Source of the DNA: Calditrichia bacterium
Lineage (GTDB): Bacteria > Calditrichota > Calditrichia > JAJRVZ01
Length of the DNA stretch: 64,000 nt
Assembly: GCA_963777955.1 (NCBI GenBank)
Contig: CAVZSQ010000022.1
Span: forward strand, 959,021-1,023,020
Reading direction: 5' to 3'
Shown here: in pieces, positions 1-8,878 of the stretch
Position numbering within the stretch: position 1 is the first letter of the stretch
Layout of the letters: every line of letters begins with the position of its first letter
Notes under the pieces: model-generated
What the model was told of the DNA's origin: nothing
What the model saw: only the letters and a program-made list of their open reading frames with translations
The model's database searches: none
Program-made: the position numbers and the translations under genes

Positions 1-231
1 TTTTTTTATGAAAAACTTCCTTTAGCAAAAAGATTAAGCAGTCCCTTTCAGGGTCTGCAGTATGGTTTCTGGTTATGGTTAATCATTACTCTCTGGGATA
101 TTTCTCATCCATTTGTTTATGGATCAATAAATAATAAGGATCAGCTATTCTGGTTGTTATACTCATTATGTGGTTTCCTGGCGTTAGGATTTGCCCTGGG
201 TGCTTTTTATAAGCAAAGAAAATCAGGCTAA
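1..231 (+). CDS. 3' end of a membrane protein (partial, runs off window)
   Basis: Frame 1 open from base 1 (FFYEKLPL...GFWLWLIITLWD...LCGFLALGFALGAFYKQRKSG*); hydrophobic segments; not in ORF track. Confidence 0.6.
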   Translation, partial: FFYEKLPLAKRLSSPFQGLQYGFWLWLIITLWDISHPFVYGSINNKDQLFWLLYSLCGFLALGFALGAFYKQRKSG

Positions 232-275
232 CACTATTTTGCACGGGATGCTGCCGAACGCACTTGCGGTTACCA
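226..275 (+). mobile_element. Truncated/degenerate attC-like site
   Basis: GGCTAAC (R''-like) overlaps the upstream stop codon, then partial dyad and GTT at 269; shorter than a typical attC. Confidence 0.3.
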
Positions 276-295
276 AATCTAATAAATCAAGAATA

Positions 296-1847
296 ATGTT
301 AAACAATACACTTTCCAAAGATTTACATTATTTCCATCCTTCATTCTCAGTTATACTTGCCTGGTGCATATTATTGAGTGCCGGGAGTCTTTGGAGTCAG
401 TCAAACGCTGATTCAACAAAAAAATGGGTGGGAACCTGGAGCACGGCACCACAGCTTGTGGAAACAGGAAATATGCCTCCTGCACCGGGTTTGACCAACA
501 ATTCATTGCGACAGGTCGTCCGGGTTTCAATCGGTGGAGACACTCTACGGGTAAGATTCTCCAATGAATTCAGCACAAGCCCCGTTACAATGAAATCTGT
601 ACAAATTGCCGTCTCAACCGGAGGCTGACACCATTAACGTATCCACCAATAAAGAATTGAAATTTAATGGTAACTCCGAGGTCACCATGAATGCAGGTGT
701 TGCGGTTACTTCAGATCCAATTGCGTTCAATTTGACACCAAGGATGGATATAGCAATCACCATCTACTTTGGCCAAACCTCTACCACCGTGACCGGCCAT
801 CCCGGGTCTCGCACCACTTCCTATTTGTTAGCCGGAAACACGACTACTAGAACCGATTTTACTGGTGCTGTCACGACAGATCATTGGTACAACATCAATG
901 CGATTGATGTACTGGCACCGTCATCTGCGGCTTGTGTTGCAATTCTTGGCAACTCCATTACCGATGGACGAGGTTCAACAACAAACATGCAAAATCGATG
1001 GCCGGATGTATTTTCAGAATCTCTTCTTAAAGATTCAAGTACTCAGCATGTAGGAGTTCTCAATCTGGGTATTGGAGGTAATTGCGTGCTTTCAGGCGGT
1101 TTAGGCCCCACTGGAGTAAGCCGATATGAGCGAGACATTCTTGATCAACCAGGGATACGTTGGGCTATCATTTTTGAAGGGGTTAATGATATTGGCGGGG
1201 TCAAGACTGCTGATGCTGCAACTACGACTGCCAATAATCTTATTGCTGCCTACAAGCAGATGATTGTTAAAGCTCATACTAAAAATATCAGGATTTACGG
1301 TGGTACCATTCTGCCCTTTAATGGCAATTCTTACTATAATCAATACAGTGAATTATGCCGAAATACCGTTAATCAATGGATTCGTACCAGGGGCAATTAT
1401 GATGGGTTCATTGATTTCGATAAGGTGATGCGAAATCCACAGGATACTACGAGACTTGTGTCATCATATCAGAATGATGGTCTGCACCCTGATGCCGCAG
1501 GGTATAAAATGATGGGTGAATCCATTGATCTGAATTTGTTTACCGATTCTTTGGCGCTCGGGGTAAATTCAATAAAAGAAATTGATGGTTATGCCTTAGG
1601 ACAGAATTATCCAAATCCGTTCAATCCAGCGACGACAATTTCCTTTAGTGTTCCGACTCAATCTTTTGTGTCATTGAAAGTATTTGATGCTTTGGGCAGG
1701 GAAGTGTCGATTCTCCTCTCCGAACGGTTGTCTGCTGGAACGCACTTACAGCAATGGGCCGCGGCAGGTTTGGCCAGCGGAGTTTACTTCTACCGTTTGC
1801 AGGCCGGTTCATTTATCGAGACCAAGAAGCTTATTCTACTTCGATAA
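296..1847 (+). CDS. Secreted SGNH/GDSL hydrolase with C-terminal sorting-type domain (frameshift near 625)
   Basis: ORFs 191..628 and 606..1847 join; signal peptide; GNSITDG, GIGGN, GVND, DGLHP blocks; C-terminal NYPNPFNP...TKKLILLR. Confidence 0.85.
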
Positions 1848-1945
1848 TGAGCATCCGCAACCAGCACCACACACAATGGTGCACAGGCCGCATTGTTTAC
1901 ATTGCCAATATCCAAGGCGTTCAGATTAAAAACATATCATTTCAA

Positions 1946-2032
1946 CCGTCCCAATGGGGACGGGATGATTATTTGAAATCGAAATCCCGGCAATAAATTG
2001 CCGGGCTATTTTCGGTTGTCCCTGCGGGACAA
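1946..2032. repeat. REP/REPIN-like triple-hairpin element
   Basis: CCGTCCC-AATG-GGGACGG; CCCGGCAAT-AA-ATTGCCGGG; TTGTCCC-TGC-GGGACAA. Confidence 0.7.
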
Positions 2033-2065
2033 ATAAGTTATATTTTAATAAATAATAAGTATAAA

Positions 2066-2133
2066 TTCTAACAACAGTGCCAACCCGATGCCCAGCCGAA
2101 TGGCTGGTCGCAGTTTATACTTAATCGTTGGCA
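2066..2133 (+). mobile_element. attC-like integron cassette recombination site
   Basis: TTCTAAC ... central CCAGCC-GAAT-GGCTGG stem ... GTTGGCA; 68 bp with imperfect L''/L' boxes. Confidence 0.55.
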
Positions 2134-2177
2134 ACCTCCACGAATAGATTTTAAAAAAGTAATGCCAGGAGTGACTT

Positions 2178-2948
2178 ATGAAACCATCAAAATCGGAAGT
2201 TAATTTGGCATTTGACTACCATGCCATTCGCTTGATGATAGGGCTTATTGCATTGTTATTTCCGTGGATCGTCAGTATTCTTTCATCTCACATAAATGAC
2301 TCGATCAGTTGGTCATATCATACTGATGCTCGCAATTTTTTCGTTGGTTTATTATTTGTTATTGGTGCTTTCTTAATGAGTTACAAGGGACATAAACCTG
2401 TACTCGATGAAAAAGATGTCGGAAAATTCTGGAACTCGCTGAGTAGATTCTGGAAAGGGGCGATCAATTTCCGCATATGGGAAAGAAAACATGAAGAAGA
2501 TTTGGTTGGGTGGGCGGGAGGAATTGCTGCATGGATCACCGCAGTCTGTCCAACGGCACGTTGCCTCGGAAATGAATGTCCTGACGATCCAATTTCGTAC
2601 ATCCACTACTTTGGTGCAATCATCTTGTTTTCAACGACTGTATATTTTTGTTTAATTGCTTTTAGTTCTCAGGCAAAAGCAAAAATAATGATTGATAAAA
2701 GAACAAACGGGAAAAGCCAAATTGGCCCGAAACAACTAAGAGTCGGACTCTATTCATTCTGCGGCTGGGGGATTGCAGTGATTATGCTGGGTTTAGTTTT
2801 TGTGAAGTTTACACAATCTGACACAATAACTAATGTAACATTTTGGGCGGAGGCTTTCGCCTTAGAATTGTTTGGTGTCGCTTGGCTGATTGCGAGCCAA
2901 TACCTGCCTTTTTTTACTGATGAAGCGGAACGTCAAAAACTCTTTTAG
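2178..2948 (+). CDS. Multi-pass membrane protein (DUF998-like), cassette-like
   Basis: About 6 hydrophobic helices; RLMIG...SISWSYHT...FFVGLL...SYKG pattern; AGGAG RBS. Confidence 0.7.
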   Translation: MKPSKSEVNLAFDYHAIRLMIGLIALLFPWIVSILSSHINDSISWSYHTDARNFFVGLLFVIGAFLMSYKGHKPVLDEKDVGKFWNSLSRFWKGAINFRIWERKHEEDLVGWAGGIAAWITAVCPTARCLGNECPDDPISYIHYFGAIILFSTTVYFCLIAFSSQAKAKIMIDKRTNGKSQIGPKQLRVGLYSFCGWGIAVIMLGLVFVKFTQSDTITNVTFWAEAFALELFGVAWLIASQYLPFFTDEAERQKLF

Positions 2949-3011
2949 AACAAGCGACCTTCAAAAGAAATGGTGTGGTGAACATAATAGAAAGCATGTT
3001 GTCTCTTAGTC

Positions 3012-3067
3012 GGTTGCCCAACCCCGCATACAGGCTACGGCGCTCCGCTTAGATGTGGTTCGCAGCT
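3012..3067 (+). mobile_element. Degenerate attC-like site
   Basis: GGTTGCCCAAC is the reverse complement of GTTGGCAACC at 2127 except for one indel; CCGCAT...ATGTGG dyad. Confidence 0.4.
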
Positions 3068-3161
3068 AATACAGGTAAAGAAATTGGGTAAAGAAACACT
3101 TTAAGGCATTTAACCAGGCATTTAACCGTCTGGCCGTCAGATGATGGCAAGGAGAGTAATT

Positions 3162-4586
3162 ATGCGTGCAATCGGTAATTTTCTCTGGTTCATTCTGGGT
3201 GGCGTGTGCATGGGATTGGCCTGGTGGTTAATCGGCCTGCTGGCATATATAACGATCCTTGGAATTCCCTGGGGTAGATCCTGCTTCGTAATCGGAAAGT
3301 TCACGTTTTTTCCATTTGGCAGAGAGGCGATCAGCCGCAAGGAACTCAGAAACAAGGATGATATCGGAACCGGTGGTCTGGGTGTTATCGGAAATATCAT
3401 ATGGTTCATCTTCGCAGGTATCTGGTTGGCCATTGGCCATGTTTGCTCGGCAGTGCTTAACTTTGTCACCATCATCGGTATCCCGTTTGGTATTCAACAC
3501 TTGAAACTTGCAGGCATTGCGCTGGCCCCAATTGGGAAAACGATCGTGACCAAGGAGATTGCAGCCGCTGCCAGAAAGGTAAATACTGAGGCCACGATAT
3601 CTTCTCTACGGTTATCTTTTTATATCTTACTCTCTCTATCTTTATATAATTGTGACCAGGGGGAAAGCACATTCTTCCCCTTGATAAATCCAAGGCTACA
3701 AATATATAATATAGCAGAACTGCCTCCGGCTGATAGATATTATTCTTTTTCTTTTATTGATCTCAACCAGGGCTGGGTTTTGTGCGACAGCAACATTATA
3801 TACCGTACTATGGACGGTGGAAAGAACTGGGAAGAACAATTCTGTACCGCGGATTCTCAATTATTAAGAATCAGATTCGCCAGTGCCGATCGGGGATGGA
3901 TCCTGGCCAGGGGCTCTGTTTACCGGTCAGATAACGGCGGGGAAGACTGGCATATTATTTATACGGACTCTAATATAACCCAATTTGAAAAAATAGCCTT
4001 TGTAAATGAACAAACCGGATGGATCACGTATTCTTCTAAGGGTAATCTGCTGCATACCAATGACGCTGGGAATAGTTGGACAGTCCAGGAAACAGGACTG
4101 CCCTTGCACGTCCTTGGTTTTTCTTTTCTAAATTGTAACATTGGGTATGCTATCGATGCTCTCTCCTCGGTGGCCTCGACATCCGACGGAGGGAATAATT
4201 GGAGTATGAAAACAAAAGTACTTTGGCCTTATACGATATTTTTTCTGAATGAACAAACCGGTTTCATAGGCAATTTTACTTACCTGTCCAGCACCAGAAT
4301 GGCGGCTAATATCTTCCGAACCGACGATTATGGGAATTCATGGCGGACCCTGGAAATACCTTTTTGTCAATTGGTAGGGAAAATAAGATTTATTGATACA
4401 TTCCATGGCATGGCCGCGACAAGTGATGAGGAGACTGGTCAAATTATTTATACATGCAACGGAGGGGAAACCTGGAAAATATACAATGAATTAGATAGTT
4501 ATCCGATGGATATTATTACAGTGGATAATAATTACATTTTTATTTTCTGCCAGAGCGGGAAAATTTATAAATTATATTTTGATTGA
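3162..4586 (+). CDS. YccF-domain protein fused in frame to a Ycf48/BNR-repeat beta-propeller
   Basis: Two YccF repeats (GNFLWFILGG, ITILGIPWG, TIIGIPFG) then repeated T-x-D-G-G-x-x-W motifs; AGGAG RBS before ATG 3162. Confidence 0.75.
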   Translation: MRAIGNFLWFILGGVCMGLAWWLIGLLAYITILGIPWGRSCFVIGKFTFFPFGREAISRKELRNKDDIGTGGLGVIGNIIWFIFAGIWLAIGHVCSAVLNFVTIIGIPFGIQHLKLAGIALAPIGKTIVTKEIAAAARKVNTEATISSLRLSFYILLSLSLYNCDQGESTFFPLINPRLQIYNIAELPPADRYYSFSFIDLNQGWVLCDSNIIYRTMDGGKNWEEQFCTADSQLLRIRFASADRGWILARGSVYRSDNGGEDWHIIYTDSNITQFEKIAFVNEQTGWITYSSKGNLLHTNDAGNSWTVQETGLPLHVLGFSFLNCNIGYAIDALSSVASTSDGGNNWSMKTKVLWPYTIFFLNEQTGFIGNFTYLSSTRMAANIFRTDDYGNSWRTLEIPFCQLVGKIRFIDTFHGMAATSDEETGQIIYTCNGGETWKIYNELDSYPMDIITVDNNYIFIFCQSGKIYKLYFD

Positions 4587-4611
4587 AGCAAACCTGGTAA
4601 GGTTAGAATAA

Positions 4612-4661
4612 GATTCCCGCCTAAGTATGCTCAAGCGTGCCATCCGTTTTGCGGGAATGAC
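4612..4661. repeat. REP-like inverted repeat
   Basis: ATTCCCGC ... GCGGGAAT(GAC). Confidence 0.5.
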
Positions 4662-4678
4662 CTCCGGACTTTACTTTC

Positions 4679-4732
4679 TTAGGTACTCAGGACACTAAGG
4701 TACTCAGGAACTCAGGAACTAGGGTACTAAAG
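4679..4732. repeat. Degenerate 8-9 bp tandem repeats
   Basis: AGGTACTC/AGGACACT/AGGAACTC-type units. Confidence 0.6.
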
Positions 4733-4739
4733 CATGGAA

Positions 4740-4931
4740 TTATACCTGCGGCTGGCGGGATAAACCCTGCAGTTGATCGCGGATTTTTTTTACCGTTCTT
4801 TTGACGATCTTATTCCTGATATCATCAGAGATCATCAGGTTATCTTTATACTCGGCAAAAGCGTCATTCATAATATCTTCAAATGGCTTCCGCTCAAGTT
4901 TTTCATTGATCATGCGTTTATTTTTAGGCAT
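4740..4931 (-). CDS. Small hypothetical protein (63 aa)
   Basis: Charged, helical-looking ORF filling an otherwise intergenic gap; no family recognised. Confidence 0.4.
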   Translation of the reverse strand: MPKNKRMINEKLERKPFEDIMNDAFAEYKDNLMISDDIRNKIVKRTVKKIRDQLQGLSRQPQV

Positions 4932-4958
4932 GGCAGCAACCCTGAGTTAGATATGTTT

Positions 4959-5005
4959 TAATTACTAATTACTATTTACTAATTTGTAATTAGTAATTGG
5001 TAATT
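4959..5005. repeat. Heptamer tandem repeats arranged as an inverted pair
   Basis: ATTACTA-type units followed by TAGTAAT/TGGTAAT-type units. Confidence 0.6.
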
Positions 5006-5206
5006 GCCATAATTATATTAAATTTTACCGTAAAATCAAGGTAAGAAATAAGATTTGTCCGATTTCTGCAGAATTTACCGGACCGAATTATGCCGGCCTG
5101 TTTTACTCTAAAAAGCCATACAATACATTGATTATATTAAATTAATTTGAATTTGATCAATAGCACGTCTTAAATTACATGCACATCAGTTAGGGGAGAC
5201 TTCACC

Positions 5207-6670
5207 ATGAGACCAAAATCATTTTTGCTGATTTTCAGGTTACTGGTCGTTCTGCTTTTAATGAGTTGGCTGACTACCTGTGCAATCAATCCCGTTACCG
5301 GTAAACGGGAACTCATGCTGCTCTCGGAAGCAGATGAAATAAGCCTGGGCCAGCAGTCTGATCAGGGGATCATACAAACCTATGGCCTGTACCCGGATAA
5401 GAACTTGAATGGTTATGTCAGTAACATAGGACAGGTGGAGGCCAGAATATCCCACCGTCCCAATCTTAAATTTGAATTTAAAATAATGGACAGCCCGGTC
5501 ATAAATGCTTTCGCCGTTCCGGGCGGTTATGTCTATGTCACCCGCGGAATCCTGGCCCATCTGAACAATGAAGCAGAACTGGCCGGAGTAGTGGGGCACG
5601 AGATCGGGCATGTCACCGCCCGGCACTCGGCCATACAATATACCCGGGCACAACTTGCTAACCTGGGGCTGGGCATTGGTGCGGCACTCTCCCAGGAAAT
5701 AGCCCAGTATGCTAATCTGGCCGCCCAGGGGATTGGCCTGTTATTCCTCAAATTCAGCCGCGATAATGAACGCCAGGCGGATGATCTGGGGATCGAATAT
5801 TCAACCAAGGTAGGTTACGATGCCCGTGAAATGGCCAACCTGTTCATAACCCTGAATCGTATTCAGGTTCAGTCCGGAGGGGGCAGCGGATTGCCTGACT
5901 GGTTATCCACTCACCCCAATCCGGTCGACCGGATTGGAACGGTACGGAGAAACGCTGAAAATCTGCAAAAAACCCAGGGTCTGACCAATCTAAAAATCAA
6001 TCGCAACGAGTTCCTGAATAAATTGGCCGGCATGGTCTACGGTGATGATCCCCGCCAGGGTTATGTGCAGAATGATGTCTTTTATCATCCCGAATTAAAA
6101 TTCAGTTTTCCGGTACCCGGCGGCTGGACCCTGAATAATACTCCGGCGCAGGTTCAGATGGCCACCAGTGATGGCAGAGCAGCCATTATTTTTTCACTGG
6201 CGGCCGAAAAGGATCCCCAGTCGGCGGCCAATCAGTTTGTAAACAGTAACCAGGCCCAGGTCCAATCCCAGAATAGTATCAGGGTCAATAATCTGAATGC
6301 GGTGAAATTAATTTCCGTACTGGCCGGCGAATCACAGACACTGCAACTGGTTTCTTATTTTATTGCCAAAGACGCCATGGTTTATGTTTTTCATGGATTT
6401 TCCGCTCAAACAGATTTCAGTCAATTTCAAAATGTTTTGCAGGTTCCCATGCAGGGTTTTGCCAATCTTAGCGATGCCTCCAAAATAAATGTAAAACCCG
6501 ACCTGCTGCAGATCAAACGCGTCAGTTCCACTACTAACCTGCGCCAGGCGTTGAAAGCCAATGGCGTGGCCGACAAATATCTGGATGAACATGCAATCAT
6601 CAACGGTCTGGAGTTGACCAGTACGCTGCCGGCGAATACCCTGATAAAAGTAATAGAGCGGGGAAGATAA
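5207..6670 (+). CDS. M48 family zinc metalloprotease lipoprotein (BepA/YfgC-like)
   Basis: Lipobox-like LTTC; NAFAVPGG, GHEIGH (HEXXH), FSRDNERQAD, STHP. Confidence 0.9.
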   Translation: MRPKSFLLIFRLLVVLLLMSWLTTCAINPVTGKRELMLLSEADEISLGQQSDQGIIQTYGLYPDKNLNGYVSNIGQVEARISHRPNLKFEFKIMDSPVINAFAVPGGYVYVTRGILAHLNNEAELAGVVGHEIGHVTARHSAIQYTRAQLANLGLGIGAALSQEIAQYANLAAQGIGLLFLKFSRDNERQADDLGIEYSTKVGYDAREMANLFITLNRIQVQSGGGSGLPDWLSTHPNPVDRIGTVRRNAENLQKTQGLTNLKINRNEFLNKLAGMVYGDDPRQGYVQNDVFYHPELKFSFPVPGGWTLNNTPAQVQMATSDGRAAIIFSLAAEKDPQSAANQFVNSNQAQVQSQNSIRVNNLNAVKLISVLAGESQTLQLVSYFIAKDAMVYVFHGFSAQTDFSQFQNVLQVPMQGFANLSDASKINVKPDLLQIKRVSSTTNLRQALKANGVADKYLDEHAIINGLELTSTLPANTLIKVIERGR

Positions 6671-6672
6671 AA

Positions 6673-7122
6673 TTGGATCCGGCAAAGGTAAAATCAATCT
6701 GGTTTGTACGCCCGACCGTCGCTGATCTGCAGCGGTTGGTAAGTAACACGATGGTGGATCATCTGGGTATAGAATTTACAGAAGTCGGAGATGATTTTCT
6801 TAACGCCAGGATGCCGGTTGACCGGCGCACGGTGCAACCCGAAGGTCTGCTGCATGGCGGAGCCTCGGCGGCCCTGGCCGAGACGATCGGCAGCGTGGCT
6901 GCGAATTTATGCGTGGATCACACCAAACGGGTCTGCGTCGGATTGGAAATTAATGCCAACCATATCCGTTCGGTGCGCAGCGGTTATGTTCACGGGCATT
7001 GCCGGCCGCTGCACCTGGGACAATCTACCCAGGTGTGGGAAATCGAGATCCGCGATGAACAGCAAAAACTGGTCTGTGTATCCAGATTGACCATGGCGGT
7101 TGTGTTGCGGAATAAAACCTGA
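6673..7122 (+). CDS. Hotdog-fold thioesterase (PaaI/MenI family)
   Basis: QPEGLLHGGASAALAET, VGLEINANH motifs. Confidence 0.85.
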   Translation: MDPAKVKSIWFVRPTVADLQRLVSNTMVDHLGIEFTEVGDDFLNARMPVDRRTVQPEGLLHGGASAALAETIGSVAANLCVDHTKRVCVGLEINANHIRSVRSGYVHGHCRPLHLGQSTQVWEIEIRDEQQKLVCVSRLTMAVVLRNKT

Positions 7123-7144
7123 CCTGTTGTTACGGAGAGCATAG

Positions 7145-8863
7145 ATGCAAAATTTCAGTACTCATTTCGGTAAATATAATCAGAAGGTAAACAGTACGGT
7201 CCAGCAGTTACAGCAAGATCGCTGCCTGGCCAGGATTGCTGAGCATGATTACACGCTCTGGCAGAATAAACCGGCTGAAATAACCAACCGGCTGGGCTGG
7301 CTTAAAAGTCCGGAAGTTATGCTGCCGGCAGTCAATGATATAAATCAATTCACGGCCGAAGTGCGGGCGGCAGGTTTTAAGCAGGTTTTGCTTTTAGGTA
7401 TGGGCGGATCGAGTCTGGCCCCGGAGGTTTACAGCCGTTCGTTCGGTACCAAGGCCGGATTCCTTAATCTTTCTATTTTGGATAGTACTGATCCCGGGGC
7501 AGTTCTGGCCAGGGAGCACAGCCTGGACCTCGAACATGCCTTGTTCATTGTCGCCACAAAATCCGGAGGTACGGTTGAGACCTTTTCCTTTATGAAATAT
7601 TTTTACAACCGCATGTGTTCGGTGGTGGGTACGGAACAGGCGGGAAAACACTTTATGGCCATCACTGATGCCGGCAGCGGATTGGAAAAGTCTGCTGTAG
7701 AATTGAAATTCCGAAAAATATTCCTGAATGATCCGGAAATCGGCGGTCGTTATTCAGCGCTGTCTTATTTTGGATTGGTACCGGCAGCGTTGACCGGCAT
7801 CGATATCAAAGAATTACTCAACCGTGCTGAACAGATAAAGCAACAGACTTTTAAGGATAACGACAGCGAAGCCTTGCAGTTGGGTGCGGCTATGGGAGTG
7901 CTGGCCGCCCAGGGCATCGACAAACTGACGCTGATCCTGACACCGCTTATCGCTTCATTCGGCGCCTGGATCGAACAACTGGTAGCGGAAAGCACCGGCA
8001 AGGCAGGGAAGGGTATCCTGCCTGTCGATGGTGAAGAATTGCTCACACCGGGGCTTTATCCGGCAGACCGGTTATTCGTATACCTGCGACTGACCGGTGA
8101 TGAGCATCATGACGATCATATCAGCAATCTGATCAATGCCGGTAAACCGGTAATTCAAATTCAACTGCGCGATGTCTATGATCTTGGCCGGGAAATGTTT
8201 CGCTGGGAACTGGCTACGGCCATTGCCGGTGTGGTGCTCGGCATCAATCCTTTCGACCAGCCCAATGTGGAATCAGCCAAGGTCCTGGCCCGGCAAATGG
8301 TTGCGACTTTTCAACAGACCGGAAAACTTGCGGAAACCGCGCCGACTTTAGTGCACCAGGGTATGAAAATATATGCCGGCATTAATGCCGGCCAGCCACC
8401 GGCAGAAAACTTTTCGCAACTTATTTCGTCATTCTTTAAATCAGCACAAACAACAGACGATAAATCTAAACCGCGGAGTTACTTGTCGCTGCAGGCATAT
8501 CTGAAACCGACTGAACAGGTCGACAATGCCCTGCAGGGATTGCGGAATAAAATTCAATTAAAATATAACCTGGCTACCACCACGGGTTACGGTCCGCGTT
8601 TCCTGCATTCAACCGGACAGTTACATAAAGGGGACAGTGGCCACGGGCTGTTTATCCAGCTTTTAGCCGGTATGCCCGAAGATCTGGCCATCCCGGATAC
8701 ACCGGGACTTCGGCCGGAATCGTCGATCAGTTTTGGTATCTTGAAGAATGCCCAGGCCATGGGGGATCGACAGGCTTTATTGAATGCCGGTCGCCAGGTG
8801 ATCAGTATCGATCTGGGAAATGATATCTTAAAAGGACTTAAGACTTTATCAGACGTTATCTGA
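7145..8863 (+). CDS. pgi: Glucose-6-phosphate isomerase
   Basis: GMGGSSLA, TKSGGTVET, IGGRYSALS, EQLVAESTGK, NPFDQPNVE. Confidence 0.9.
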   Translation: MQNFSTHFGKYNQKVNSTVQQLQQDRCLARIAEHDYTLWQNKPAEITNRLGWLKSPEVMLPAVNDINQFTAEVRAAGFKQVLLLGMGGSSLAPEVYSRSFGTKAGFLNLSILDSTDPGAVLAREHSLDLEHALFIVATKSGGTVETFSFMKYFYNRMCSVVGTEQAGKHFMAITDAGSGLEKSAVELKFRKIFLNDPEIGGRYSALSYFGLVPAALTGIDIKELLNRAEQIKQQTFKDNDSEALQLGAAMGVLAAQGIDKLTLILTPLIASFGAWIEQLVAESTGKAGKGILPVDGEELLTPGLYPADRLFVYLRLTGDEHHDDHISNLINAGKPVIQIQLRDVYDLGREMFRWELATAIAGVVLGINPFDQPNVESAKVLARQMVATFQQTGKLAETAPTLVHQGMKIYAGINAGQPPAENFSQLISSFFKSAQTTDDKSKPRSYLSLQAYLKPTEQVDNALQGLRNKIQLKYNLATTTGYGPRFLHSTGQLHKGDSGHGLFIQLLAGMPEDLAIPDTPGLRPESSISFGILKNAQAMGDRQALLNAGRQVISIDLGNDILKGLKTLSDVI

Positions 8864-8878
8864 GCGATTTCTGATATT

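Noticed and set aside
1848..1900. attC site after the SGNH hydrolase gene
   Set aside because: No clear RYYYAAC/GTTRRRY pair or dyad.
4679..4732. CRISPR array in the short-repeat tracts (also 37876-37940)
   Set aside because: Units are 7-9 bp with no unique spacers; no cas genes in the window.
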